Positions 7,709-17,242 of a DNA stretch of 64,000 nucleotides are shown one piece after another. Below the pieces are notes generated by a model. It saw only the letters and a program-made list of their open reading frames with translations, was not told the origin of the DNA and made no database searches. The position numbers were made by a program, and so were the translations under genes. Location: positions 23,903 through 87,902 of IMG/VR virus record IMGVR_UViG_3300037222_000116; one strand, given 5' to 3'. Within the stretch, counting starts at the first letter, position 1. Every line of letters begins with the position of its first letter. This stretch comes from a virus.

Positions 7709-10189
7709 TTAGTTGACGAGACTGCCGGGAGGCAGGCACGAAGTACGAACTCGTATCGAATACATGGTCTGGTGCTGTCCTGAAAGCGTCACCACAGGGT
7801 AGGTTCCGACGCGGAGGGAACGCAGACGCCGACGCAACGTCGCCGACGACATCTTGGCATGTCCGTTCTTGGACGCCCAATACGCGTAGGCTTCGTAGAG
7901 ATCGTCCAGCGTCGTCCCGAGGGGGGTAGCTACGATCTCGGTCGTCTCGTTGACCCAGCGCATCACCGGGTCGATGTCCTGCTGCCAGTCGAAGCCCGAT
8001 GTCTCTGCCGAAGGTGGCAGGAGCAGGCTGCCTCGCGTAAGAGCCCTTCTTGCGCCCTCGACCGCCCAGAGAGCGATCCCTGCCAGCTCCGTCATCGCGA
8101 TGCGCTCGGCGAGCTTCAGGTCGCGCTCGTGGGCTTGGAAGTGCCTGTTGAAGTGGATGACCGCGAAGCGTCGGAAGAACGCCGGGGTGTAGTCGTTGGA
8201 GGCGGGGAGGTCGTTCGCCGAGAACATATGTCCAGCCCGCGGCCTGTAGAAGAAGCTGCCCTTATACAATTCCCGTGCCCGAATGAGCTTGCCGCCGACG
8301 ATCTCCTTGAACGACGCCGACGCCAAGATGTCGCGCTCGGGGATTTCACTGACGGCGTTCAGGAGCTTGCCGCGCAGCGCAGCACGCACCCCCTCGCCGT
8401 CGAGGTCTTGGGGCTTGATGGTCGACGTGAATGCCTGCGGGAAGAGGCCGGGGACGTGGTCGTTAGGACCGCTCAGGATGTCGATCAGGACGCTCTTGCC
8501 GTTTTGAGTGAGTCCGGTGAGCATCGCGCAGACCTCGAAGCGCCACGCCTCGCCGAAGAGCGTGACTCCAATCCACTCTTGCAGAAACGCGATCTTCTGC
8601 GCCTTGTCAGCGTCGTTGATGAAGCACTCGTCGAGGTAGAGCAAGAAGCGGGCGGCTCGCGCCTCTTGGTCATAATCGTAAGGCATCGTTGAGCGAATTC
8701 GGTGCGCAGCGGTGAACGGCTCCAGAATAGTCACGCCGTCAGCAAAGCGCAGGAAGCCGTTTCTGAACGGGACGCCTGCGGGTGCCAGCGCAAAGAAGTC
8801 AGGCTGGTTAATCAACTTGCTGGCGAGGCGGATTGTACCGACGATGTCGCTGTCTTTTAGAGCGAGGCGCTTCGTGATCCCTTGAATCATCCCGGCATAG
8901 CTGCTGACGATGCGTGTGAGATCGTCGGCGAGAATGGGATGCCATTGCTTCGTCGCTGGATCACACCTGTAGTGTTGTCCGTCGCTGTGGACGACATCCT
9001 CGAAGCTGTCACCTTTGAGATCGCTGTTGAGCTTCGCTGCCAACTCGGGGTGATCTCCCCGGTTGAACCCCCAATCACCACTCTCACCCCAACCGCCGAT
9101 GAGCTTTTTGACCTTCATCCATGATTGCGCGTTGTTTCCACAATGATTGTGAAAACAGGATGAGAGAATCGCTCCGGTCGGAATAATCGAAATCATCCGA
9201 GTGTATGGAATAGGGTGTGCGGGATCGGTTGGACATACTTTGAGATCCCAATGGAATTGTGTTTTTTTAGAGAATTCGATTTTCTGTTTTATCAGCCAGC
9301 TCTCGACGCGGTGAGCGTTGGTGAGTGCATCTTCGGTTGGTGTCCAATCTGTAATTGGTTCGTGCTTACGTACACCCGTGTCGGTTGCATTGCTTTCGAG
9401 GATAGGATGAGCATCTATCATTGCCGTCAACGTGTGCGACATCGTTTCGTTGAAGCTCACCCAACGAGTGAGGTAGGGATCTTTGCGCTTCCAGTTCCAC
9501 GAGCCCGCGAGACGCAAGACTTGGCGGGGACTCTTAGCAATGGCTTTGTCGGTCTGAAGGTGGCATGCGAGCTGTAGCTCAGCTTCAGTCCAACGGGCAA
9601 TAGGCTCTCCGCTGTTGATGGCGAAGTAACCGTGCTTCTTGCGGTCGCTGTTGGATGTTTGAAGAATTGCCGTCGGTGGTAGCTTGGGAGCAGGAGGCGT
9701 CTCACACGTCCCGTCGTCATCGTAGACAAGCATCTTGACGATCGCATCGGGAGCCGTCTTGGGTCGCGAGTAGAGGACTTCAGTCATCTCGGCTGGCGGC
9801 GTGTACCCGGTCGTGTCGCAGGCATTGACGCTGATGTAGATAGCTGCCTTGCGTTGTGGCGAGTTGTAGTTGGAGATCGCCTTCCAGCATTCGTCCAGTG
9901 TCCCGACGAGAATTGGATTGCGCGCCTTGCGCACGCCGTCCTTGGTGTAGTGCATCATGTTGTCGTCGGGGTGAGGGACGATCTGGAAGACGCAGACGGT
10001 CTTGGTGGGGTCTGCGTCGCCAAAGAGCAGCTTGATGTGCTTCTCGGCGTCTGCTCGATTGATCATCCCCGGCGTCAGCGTGATTGGAGCTGGAGGTGTT
10101 ACCAGCGTGCTACGCAACGGTGGCAGGGTGATGTCGTCCACGCCGACGTCTTCATCGTCGGGCAACGGAGGCAGCGATGGCGCTGACAT
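7709..10189 (-). CDS. primase-helicase: RepB-type primase plus D5/P4-like SF3 helicase
   Basis: LQTS...KHGYF...RQVLRLAGSWNWK primase motifs; GLTQNGKS Walker A, NAVSEI, SANDLP, FFRRF; C-terminal winged-helix-like region. Confidence 0.9.
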   Translation of the reverse strand: MSAPSLPPLPDDEDVGVDDITLPPLRSTLVTPPAPITLTPGMINRADAEKHIKLLFGDADPTKTVCVFQIVPHPDDNMMHYTKDGVRKARNPILVGTLDECWKAISNYNSPQRKAAIYISVNACDTTGYTPPAEMTEVLYSRPKTAPDAIVKMLVYDDDGTCETPPAPKLPPTAILQTSNSDRKKHGYFAINSGEPIARWTEAELQLACHLQTDKAIAKSPRQVLRLAGSWNWKRKDPYLTRWVSFNETMSHTLTAMIDAHPILESNATDTGVRKHEPITDWTPTEDALTNAHRVESWLIKQKIEFSKKTQFHWDLKVCPTDPAHPIPYTRMISIIPTGAILSSCFHNHCGNNAQSWMKVKKLIGGWGESGDWGFNRGDHPELAAKLNSDLKGDSFEDVVHSDGQHYRCDPATKQWHPILADDLTRIVSSYAGMIQGITKRLALKDSDIVGTIRLASKLINQPDFFALAPAGVPFRNGFLRFADGVTILEPFTAAHRIRSTMPYDYDQEARAARFLLYLDECFINDADKAQKIAFLQEWIGVTLFGEAWRFEVCAMLTGLTQNGKSVLIDILSGPNDHVPGLFPQAFTSTIKPQDLDGEGVRAALRGKLLNAVSEIPERDILASASFKEIVGGKLIRARELYKGSFFYRPRAGHMFSANDLPASNDYTPAFFRRFAVIHFNRHFQAHERDLKLAERIAMTELAGIALWAVEGARRALTRGSLLLPPSAETSGFDWQQDIDPVMRWVNETTEIVATPLGTTLDDLYEAYAYWASKNGHAKMSSATLRRRLRSLRVGTYPVVTLSGQHQTMYSIRVRTSCLPPGSLVN

Positions 10190-10439
10190 TTACGAGGGCC
10201 GCAGGCTTTTCTGAAAGGACATCTCGCTCCCCAAAGTTGGCGTTGGGCGGTCGGCGGGCCGCAGGAGTCTGCGCTTCTACCTCAAGGCGTTGGTGATTGG
10301 CAAGATGTTTACAGTCGATTCACTCTAAGTAGGCATTTCATATGGTCTTAGGTGATACCTCTAATTTTTTGTTTGACGTGATTGCAATGCCGTGCGAGAA
10401 CGGGAGTCTCTTTTCTCGTTGTCGATGGAGACGTGTCGA

Positions 10440-10907
10440 ATGTCTAAGCCCAAGAAGGGCGCGAGTTCGCGTCGCGCTTTGCCTGTTCTGCGTGGCGGCT
10501 TTGCCGATCGCAATCCCAAGCCGAAGCATGCCAAGGCGAAGGTGAAGGCGGGCTTGCCTGCTCCCTTTGTCGAGCACGAGGAAGCCGTTTCGCAGGCGCG
10601 CACGCAGTCCTACGACGAAGACCTCCGCGAGCTGGGTTTTGTCAACGAGGACGCCTTTCACGAGGCGGTCGACATGAACCGCGCTGCGTTCGCCGCGGCG
10701 CTGGTCGGCCAGCGGCGAGCAGCAGCACAGGTCGATCGCAATGACCGTGTCAGGCGGTCGCTGCTCGGTCTGTTGGAGGTTGAAGAGGTCCGTCTCTTCA
10801 TTGCCGAGAAGACCGGGCGCTTCCACGAGACGGTTCACCAGCTCGTCGAGTTGGCGAAAGACCCCTCGGACCCAGCGTGGGACGAAAAGAAGCCGGTGGC
10901 GCGGTGA
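10440..10907 (+). CDS. hypothetical protein
   Basis: First gene of the rightward replication operon; TTGACG at about 10373. Confidence 0.6.
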   Translation: MSKPKKGASSRRALPVLRGGFADRNPKPKHAKAKVKAGLPAPFVEHEEAVSQARTQSYDEDLRELGFVNEDAFHEAVDMNRAAFAAALVGQRRAAAQVDRNDRVRRSLLGLLEVEEVRLFIAEKTGRFHETVHQLVELAKDPSDPAWDEKKPVAR

Positions 10908-11080
10908 GCACCAAGTTAGACTTGGACGTCATCGGTCCCGAGGCAGAGGCAGTCAAGACCATTGATGCCTTGATGTTGGAGAATGTTCCGGCAGCGCGGA
11001 TTTGTGATCGCTTCGCTTTGCTGCGAAAGGCGTGGGACGAGCCGATCGATGCGCTCGTCAAAGAAGCTCGGGGGCAATGA
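10904..11080 (+). CDS. hypothetical protein
   Basis: GTGA overlap with the upstream gene. Confidence 0.5.
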   Translation: MSTKLDLDVIGPEAEAVKTIDALMLENVPAARICDRFALLRKAWDEPIDALVKEARGQ

Positions 11081-11090
11081 CGAAGGTGAC

Positions 11091-11444
11091 ATGGATCTTC
11101 TCATGAATCACCTGCGAGGACTCGCGCTCGGCGCGTATGTCATCGGGCGGCTCGATGGTGCGGACGAAGCGACGGCGCAAGCCGCCGCGAAGCTCATGCT
11201 CGATGTGCAGAGCGTTGCCATGGTCGCTTCGCTCGAAGCGAACGAAGTCAATCGGCGGCGGATCAGCATTGAGCGCGCTGAAGTGACTTTGGCGAAGCTC
11301 AAGAGCGCCTATCACTCTGAGCATCCGGCTGTCCTTCGCGTCTCGAAAGCATTGTCGCGCTTGCGTGCGGGTGATGACATCGCGATGGTGCTCGCCGAGT
11401 TGAATGCCGATGCCAAGGTCAGTGGCGGGTTCTCTCTCGGCTAA
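11091..11444 (+). CDS. hypothetical protein
   Basis: GAAGGTG before ATG; TAATG overlap with the helicase. Confidence 0.55.
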   Translation: MDLLMNHLRGLALGAYVIGRLDGADEATAQAAAKLMLDVQSVAMVASLEANEVNRRRISIERAEVTLAKLKSAYHSEHPAVLRVSKALSRLRAGDDIAMVLAELNADAKVSGGFSLG

Positions 11445-13195
11445 TGCCTGTCGTTCTCGCACAAGGCAACGCTGGTATTCCTGTCACGCCAGTAGTCGGC
11501 GAGCGTGACTGGTTCCGCGTGCCGTGGAAACAGATTCACGAGAAGACCGGCTTGCCGCCGTATGTCATTCCCGGCGTTCGCGAGCCCAAGACCGGAGGCC
11601 AGCTCTCGCCGTGGCCTCGCTACGTCCATCGGACGCACCTGCCAGCATTGGGCTTGGTTGTCCCGGTTGATGATGCTCCTTCGCCGCACAAGTACGGCGA
11701 GGACGTCTTGCGGTCGTATCAGAAGCTCGATCGGGATTTCGTTTCTGCCCGACGTGGCGTGATTCTGAGCCAAGAACAGCGTGTGGGTAAGACTCCCACA
11801 GCGATGTACGCACATGAGCCGAACGACGGCATGATGGTTGTTGTTGGCCCTCTTGCGTCGCGTCTCGTGTGGCACGAGTGGGCCGCTCGTCGCTTCGGGT
11901 GGTGTGCTGACGAGACGTGCATTACTTGCTCGCGGCTCTGTACTGTCCATCGCGACGTTCCGAGCTTCATTGCTCTCGAAGGTAGGACGGTCGATCCGAA
12001 GCTGCCGCCGTTGACCATGACGAAAGCGATCCGTTGCTTTTCGACAACATCGCTCTTCGCGATGGGACAGCTCAAGCCGCGTGTAGTCTTCATGTCGCAC
12101 GCGATCGTCTTTCCGTGGTCTGAGCAATGGACGCTTTTCGAGCCGCTCGGGACATTGGTTGTCGACGAGTTCCACATGGTCGGCCTTGGCAATCGACACA
12201 ACCTGACCGTCAAGGGCCTACGCCGCATCAACACGGTCGCGTCGCGTGCAATTATGTTGTCTGGTACGCCGATTTCCAATCGCATTGATGGCCTGTGGGC
12301 ACCGCTCGACATTGCTGTCCCCGGTGCGTTTGGAAAATATTGGGATTTTGGGCGCCGCTGGGTCGGCGCGACGCCGGGAGCCCATGGCTATCAGATGGGT
12401 GCTCCGACACGGGTTGATGAACTGAAGGCGCGTTTGTCTGAAGTCTTGATTCGACGCACTTGGAAAGAGATCGCGCCGAACCTGCCGCCGATTTCGCGCA
12501 GTACAGAACTGGTCGCGATTCCCGAGAAAGTGCGCTGGGAGGTCGAGCAGCTCGCGTCCGAGCTTCGCAAGATGACGGATGGTCTTCAGACCAAAGTCGG
12601 GCACTTGGCAAGATTGCGGCGGCTCTTCGCCGAAGCCAAGACCGATGCGGCTGTGCTGCAAATCGAAGACGCCATTGCCAACGGGCACTCGTGTATCGGC
12701 TGGGTATGGCACCGTGATGTCGCGTTCAAGCTGGTTGAGAAGCTGCGCGCGAAATCAATTCGGGTCTTTGATCCGATTCACGGCCAAGTACCCCCCAAAG
12801 AGCGCGAAGAAATCCTGCGTGACGCCGCGAGCGGCATTGGTCCTCGCGTGTTGGTCGCGACCATGGCATCTCTGGGAACGGCTGTGGCCCTGACGTGGGC
12901 CTCGCACGAGTTCTTCGCCGAGCTGGACTGGAACCCGACCAACATCGCCCAGCCCGAGATGCGTCCTTTTGACGGTGTCAATAGCGTGTCGAGCGTGTTC
13001 ATGGTCGCCGACTGTGACTCGGACATTCGATTGGCTCAGTCGTTGGTATCAAAGCTCGGGACCACGAGAGCACTCGGGCTCGAAGCCGGGGTTGGAAGCT
13101 GTGCTGAAGTTCTCGGGGAGACGTTCGGCATCGCTCCGAGTCGCAGTCTCGATGAAATGGCCGAGCGGCTCCTCGAAGCAAGAGACGACGAATGA
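11444..13195 (+). CDS. SNF2-like (SF2) helicase
   Basis: QRVGKT, VVDEFH, LSGTPISN, IRRT, ELDWNP...QPEMR motifs. Confidence 0.88.
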   Translation: MPVVLAQGNAGIPVTPVVGERDWFRVPWKQIHEKTGLPPYVIPGVREPKTGGQLSPWPRYVHRTHLPALGLVVPVDDAPSPHKYGEDVLRSYQKLDRDFVSARRGVILSQEQRVGKTPTAMYAHEPNDGMMVVVGPLASRLVWHEWAARRFGWCADETCITCSRLCTVHRDVPSFIALEGRTVDPKLPPLTMTKAIRCFSTTSLFAMGQLKPRVVFMSHAIVFPWSEQWTLFEPLGTLVVDEFHMVGLGNRHNLTVKGLRRINTVASRAIMLSGTPISNRIDGLWAPLDIAVPGAFGKYWDFGRRWVGATPGAHGYQMGAPTRVDELKARLSEVLIRRTWKEIAPNLPPISRSTELVAIPEKVRWEVEQLASELRKMTDGLQTKVGHLARLRRLFAEAKTDAAVLQIEDAIANGHSCIGWVWHRDVAFKLVEKLRAKSIRVFDPIHGQVPPKEREEILRDAASGIGPRVLVATMASLGTAVALTWASHEFFAELDWNPTNIAQPEMRPFDGVNSVSSVFMVADCDSDIRLAQSLVSKLGTTRALGLEAGVGSCAEVLGETFGIAPSRSLDEMAERLLEARDDE

Positions 13196-13383
13196 ACATT
13201 CTTGATTGGGTTTGGCATATGTTCACGACAGACGCCGGGCGTGCGTGGTTTCTGCGCGAAGTCAACGACCCGGCAATCAACGCTGCGCTGGCGATTGTCC
13301 GTGCCGAAGACACTTTCTTTCGGACGCTGCTTCGTCTCGAAGAAGCAGCATCCGAGTGGGACGACCTTGGAGGAGAATCGTGA
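13192..13383 (+). CDS. hypothetical protein
   Basis: ATGA overlap within the operon. Confidence 0.55.
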   Translation: MNILDWVWHMFTTDAGRAWFLREVNDPAINAALAIVRAEDTFFRTLLRLEEAASEWDDLGGES

Positions 13384-13820
13384 AAATCTACGTTGCGTCA
13401 TCATGGCGTAATCTCTTGCAGCCGGGCATCGTGCTCGCGTTGCGACGGTGTGGTCACGAGGTCTACGACTTCCGCCATCCGTCTCCCGGTAACAATGGCT
13501 TCTCGTGGAAGGAAATCGACGGCGGCTGGGAGTCGTGGACGCCCGAGCAGTATCGTGCTGCGTTGCAGCACCCGATCGCCGTTGCGGGGTACGATCACGA
13601 CATCGGTGCGCTGAAGGCTTGTGATACCTGCGTTCTCGTCCTTCCATCGGGGCGCTCAGCCTCGTGGGAGTTCGGCTATGCGATGGGGCAGGGCAAGCGC
13701 GGCGTCGTGGTGCAGCTCGACAAGATCGAGCCTGAGTTGATGTACCGCGAAGCCGAGATCGTCACGTCGATGGACGAGTTCTTCAACGTCTTCGGCGAGC
13801 CGAGCGAGCACGGCTCGTGA
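13380..13820 (+). CDS. nucleoside deoxyribosyltransferase-like protein
   Basis: KIYVASSWRN...HEVYDF...DTCVLVLPSGRSASWEFGYA; GGAGA RBS before GTG. Confidence 0.75.
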   Translation: MKIYVASSWRNLLQPGIVLALRRCGHEVYDFRHPSPGNNGFSWKEIDGGWESWTPEQYRAALQHPIAVAGYDHDIGALKACDTCVLVLPSGRSASWEFGYAMGQGKRGVVVQLDKIEPELMYREAEIVTSMDEFFNVFGEPSEHGS

Positions 13821-14077
13821 AGATCGCCGAGCTGAAGATTTGGCTGGAGTGCTACAAGAGCGCGCTCCCGGCCTACATGATCTCTCGGGACAAAGAGAGT
13901 GATCCGCCGCCCAAGACGATCGAGGGCTATACGGACGCGGACTACGTGAGTGAGCGGGCGGCGTTGATCGCCGACAAGATGCTCATGCAGTACCAGCTTC
14001 GCCTGATGAACTACGCCGATCCCACCGAGAGTGAGGACGCCCCTCCTCTCAAGGAGAAGACCGATGTCCCTGCGTGA
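13817..14077 (+). CDS. hypothetical protein
   Basis: GTGA overlap. Confidence 0.55.
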   Translation: MKIAELKIWLECYKSALPAYMISRDKESDPPPKTIEGYTDADYVSERAALIADKMLMQYQLRLMNYADPTESEDAPPLKEKTDVPA

Positions 14078-14232
14078 CAAGAACGGCAAGATGGTATTCC
14101 CCGAGGACAAGCTGCGCACCAAGCCCAAGCGCGGCAAGAAGTCCGCGACGGGCGGCATCGTGCGCACCGGGCGCAAGGCCAATGGTGCCAAGCAGCGCCA
14201 GTGGCGGGAGCCGACACCGGGAGAGCGCGTCG

Positions 14233-14433
14233 ATGGCTGATTATTCCTGCCTCGACTTCACGTCGCAGACGAGGCGCACACTTCTCGCGGCGGCGGTGAT
14301 TCAGGGATTGCTTGCCGACGGCAACATCGTCAAGGGCAATTCCAAGGACACCAACGAGCAGATCGCCAAGAAGCTCGCAGTGGCGGCTGTGCGAATCGCA
14401 GACTTTGTCTGCGCCGAGCTGGACAAGGAGTAG
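14233..14433 (+). CDS. hypothetical phage protein
   Basis: RTLLAAAVIQGLLA...AVRIAD pattern common in small phage proteins. Confidence 0.6.
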   Translation: MADYSCLDFTSQTRRTLLAAAVIQGLLADGNIVKGNSKDTNEQIAKKLAVAAVRIADFVCAELDKE

Positions 14434-14440
14434 AAGCCAA

Positions 14441-14716
14441 ATGGCGCTCGACGACATCAAGATCGTTCGTGTCCTCCGCATCATCGAGTACACAGGACCG
14501 CGGCATGTCGTGACGACCACCATCGCGCAGAGCATTGACGGGATGTTCGATGCACCCAACGGCATGCGCATTGTCGCTGCTTTGGTTGCCAGCGGTACTC
14601 CCGACGAGATAGCAGCGGCGTTGCGCTATGGCATTGGTGCCGATGCGCGACGAGCCTTGATGAACGCGCGTGAGCGAACGTGGGTTAATCCACGCAAGTA
14701 CAAGAAAGGCTACTAG
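14441..14716 (+). CDS. hypothetical protein
   Basis: VRVLRIIEYTGPR; GGAG RBS. Confidence 0.6.
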   Translation: MALDDIKIVRVLRIIEYTGPRHVVTTTIAQSIDGMFDAPNGMRIVAALVASGTPDEIAAALRYGIGADARRALMNARERTWVNPRKYKKGY

Positions 14717-14718
14717 CT

Positions 14719-14934
14719 GTGGCTGACTTCAATCGGCGAGAAGAAGATCACGAGATCCCGCGTGCGACGTGTATCGGCGAGACGGCGAAAGCTCTCAAGG
14801 TCGAGCACTCCTCGGGTGAGGAGTTGTGGGTTCCCAAGTCTGTGATCTGCGAAGCGTCGGACGTCAAGGAACTCGGTGACTATGGCACTCTCGTCATTCC
14901 TCAGTGGTTTGCGAAAAAGGAGAACTTGTTCTAA
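14719..14934 (+). CDS. small phage beta-rich protein
   Basis: ETAKALKV...WVPKSVI...LVIPQWFAKKENL pattern. Confidence 0.7.
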   Translation: MADFNRREEDHEIPRATCIGETAKALKVEHSSGEELWVPKSVICEASDVKELGDYGTLVIPQWFAKKENLF

Positions 14935-15254
14935 TGGCAAAATCAGTCGAAATACAGGCGGCGTTCGGTGTTCGTTTCAAGCTCCGCGCCGAGGGGGACA
15001 AGCTCTACGCCGCGGGGGGCAAGCTCTGCGCCGAGGGGGACAAGCTCTACGCCGCGGGGGGCAAGCTCTACGCCGAGGGGGGCAAGCTCCGCGCCGAGGG
15101 GGGCAAGCTCTGCGCCGAGGGGGGCAAGCTCCGCGCCGAGGGGGACCTCGTTTTCTCTGTTGCGGTCATCGCTGCCTTCGGAGCAAAAGCAATCATCGAG
15201 TGGTGGAGGAAAGACGGTAGCGTCTTCGTGAACGATGAGGAGTATAGCTCGTGA
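14934..15254 (+). CDS. heptad-repeat protein (KLxAxG[GD] x8)
   Basis: TAATG overlap; 8 tandem 7-aa repeats. Confidence 0.7.
   Translation: MAKSVEIQAAFGVRFKLRAEGDKLYAAGGKLCAEGDKLYAAGGKLYAEGGKLRAEGGKLCAEGGKLRAEGDLVFSVAVIAAFGAKAIIEWWRKDGSVFVNDEEYSS
14979..15146 (+). repeat. 8 x 21-bp tandem repeat (AAGCTCYRCGCCGMGGGGGRC)
   Basis: Directly visible tandem array, in frame within the CDS. Confidence 0.95.
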
Positions 15255-15859
15255 GCGCTGCCGTCCTGTTCGATGCGATTGCCCGTGGCGTTGAAGCCGC
15301 TCTCGACAACAAGACGACGCCCTACAAGGTCGGCGAGAAGCGTCCCTACAGCGAAGAGCGAGCGGACTTGTCTTCAAAGTGCCAGCGGCTCGTTGCGATG
15401 GCGATTGGCGAGATGAATGCTGCCGCCAAGCAGTCCGATCGCGCCGCCAAGCAAGCCGGGCGTAAGTTCGTCAAGCCTGCGGGCGACCGTCGTCCTACAC
15501 CCCCGCCGCGCTTCACCGAGCCGCGCGTCGCAGCGAGGCGTCCTGCGCGCAGCATCCCGGTGGTTGTCGAGGAGCAGATCGAGGTCGAAGACGAGGGAAC
15601 CGAGGCGCAACGCGTCTCGCCGTCGTTTCCCGCCAAGACGGCGGCGGCTGGTCAGCATGTGATGACCGGCGCAGGCGTGGAGCTGGAGGCCCTTGGTAGG
15701 GTGTCAGCCAAGAAGCCGGGGTCCTTTCTCTTCAAGCGCGGCGACGGCGCGATTCTCGCCATTCTCGCCGACACCATGATGGTCGAATGGCCGCAAGGCA
15801 ACGGCGAAGTCGTCGAAGACGATGAAGAGCAGGCACCCCCGAACGGAGACGCCTCGTGA
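15251..15859 (+). CDS. hypothetical protein
   Basis: GTGA overlaps at both ends. Confidence 0.65.
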   Translation: MSAAVLFDAIARGVEAALDNKTTPYKVGEKRPYSEERADLSSKCQRLVAMAIGEMNAAAKQSDRAAKQAGRKFVKPAGDRRPTPPPRFTEPRVAARRPARSIPVVVEEQIEVEDEGTEAQRVSPSFPAKTAAAGQHVMTGAGVELEALGRVSAKKPGSFLFKRGDGAILAILADTMMVEWPQGNGEVVEDDEEQAPPNGDAS

Positions 15860-16980
15860 GCAATTCGATTACTCTTGTCGACGTCAATGATCCCAACTTC
15901 GTCGACTTCACGATCCCGTCGCCACCGCAGACCGACGTCGAGGCGTGTTTGCCCCTCGACGATGCCATCGACATCGCAGCGACGCATCTCGGTTTGCCGC
16001 TGCTCGGTGGCCCTTCCGGGCGCGGTTGGAGCTTCTACAGCGTCGCCCAGCTCTGCCCGCACCTGTTCAAGCAGACCTACGAACGCGGCGACGGAACCGA
16101 GCGCGGCAATCCCGCTGAGCCGCTTCAGATCGGCGGTATGTACCACGCGCTGCAAGCCTACTTCTATGCAGGTGGGCTCGGCGAGACATGGGCGCAGGAC
16201 CGTGGCCTCTGTCGAAGTGAATTCGCGGACGCCAAGACCGCCACCGGGCGCAAGCGCCAGCCGAAGCCCGGCGACGCCCAGCTCGTCAAAATCCCGCCGA
16301 CAGCAGCCGATGATTTGCTCGCTCTCCTCAAGCGCATGGCCGAGGGCAAAGAAGACAAGCTGCTCGGTGGCGATGGCGTCAACGAGCCCAAGCGTCCGAG
16401 CATCAACTTCATTCTGATTGCTGAAAAAGCCTTCGATGCCCATACAGCCGAATGGGGAAGTCGCGAGGACATGACGCCGTTGGCGATCGAGTGGCTCGCG
16501 CGGCATCCGCTGACCGGCTACACCTGCCGCTACGACGCCATCATGCGCCTCGGGCCGAACGATCCGCTCGTCATCGCGCATTCCTACGACAAAGAGCCGA
16601 CTCTCTTCAAAGAGGGCGGCGTGGTCGTCATGGAGCGCAAGACGGCTGCGTGGCTCGGTGAGGCAGCGATCGACGGCTGGACGCTCGATGGAGAAATCCT
16701 CGGCGAGATCATGTGCTGGAAGGCGAGCGGCTGTGAAAAGAAGTTCGGGCCGCTCGCGGGCGTGATTATTGACATCGTCAGCAAAGGCAAGAAGACCGAC
16801 TTTCACCGGATGGAAATCCCGGTTGCTCCCGGCAACGTCAAGCTGCACGAGAAGTGGCTGCGCTGGACTGACGGTCAAGTCCAGCTTTGGCGCGCGACGG
16901 GAGCTTTCCCCAAGCACTTCAACTCGTGCTGGGGTAGGTACGGTCGCTGCCCCGAGTGGCACGCCTGCGTCAGTGGGTAA
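15856..16980 (+). CDS. Cas4-like PD-(D/E)XK exonuclease with predicted Fe-S cysteines
   Basis: N-terminal LCP...G.MYH, RYDAI, ERKT, and C-terminal CWGRYGRCPEWHAC. Confidence 0.8.
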   Translation: MSNSITLVDVNDPNFVDFTIPSPPQTDVEACLPLDDAIDIAATHLGLPLLGGPSGRGWSFYSVAQLCPHLFKQTYERGDGTERGNPAEPLQIGGMYHALQAYFYAGGLGETWAQDRGLCRSEFADAKTATGRKRQPKPGDAQLVKIPPTAADDLLALLKRMAEGKEDKLLGGDGVNEPKRPSINFILIAEKAFDAHTAEWGSREDMTPLAIEWLARHPLTGYTCRYDAIMRLGPNDPLVIAHSYDKEPTLFKEGGVVVMERKTAAWLGEAAIDGWTLDGEILGEIMCWKASGCEKKFGPLAGVIIDIVSKGKKTDFHRMEIPVAPGNVKLHEKWLRWTDGQVQLWRATGAFPKHFNSCWGRYGRCPEWHACVSG

Positions 16981-17242
16981 GGGCAAGGGCAAGTATGCCC
17001 TGAAGCGAGGGCACAAGAGTTATCACCTTCCCGGTAAGGGAAGAGCAGGAAAGGGATTACGCATGTCGCGCGATGGCAAGCTCGAATTTGTCTGGGACAT
17101 CGAGCGGCGTGAACGGCGCACGCGCTTGTTCTTCGCTGCCTGCTTCTTCGTGCTCATGCTCACGATCGCTGGCGGAATGCTCTACGTCGCGCTCACGGAT
17201 ACGGACAACACACCTGCGGAGAAGACCAATGCCTCGGATTGA
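16973..17242 (+). CDS. small basic membrane protein
   Basis: Lys/Arg-rich N-terminus plus one TM segment (LFFAACFFVLMLTIAGGMLYV); start uncertain. Confidence 0.5.
   Translation: MGKGKGKYALKRGHKSYHLPGKGRAGKGLRMSRDGKLEFVWDIERRERRTRLFFAACFFVLMLTIAGGMLYVALTDTDNTPAEKTNASD

Noticed and set aside
14979-15146. Possible CRISPR array or DGR repeat
   Set aside because: The units are contiguous with no spacers and in frame in a CDS. Variation is not adenine-specific and there is no reverse transcriptase in the window.
15856-16980. Cas4 as evidence for a CRISPR-Cas system
   Set aside because: No cas1/cas2 or array. The context (AAA ATPase, SSB-like gene) is the standard phage recombination module.
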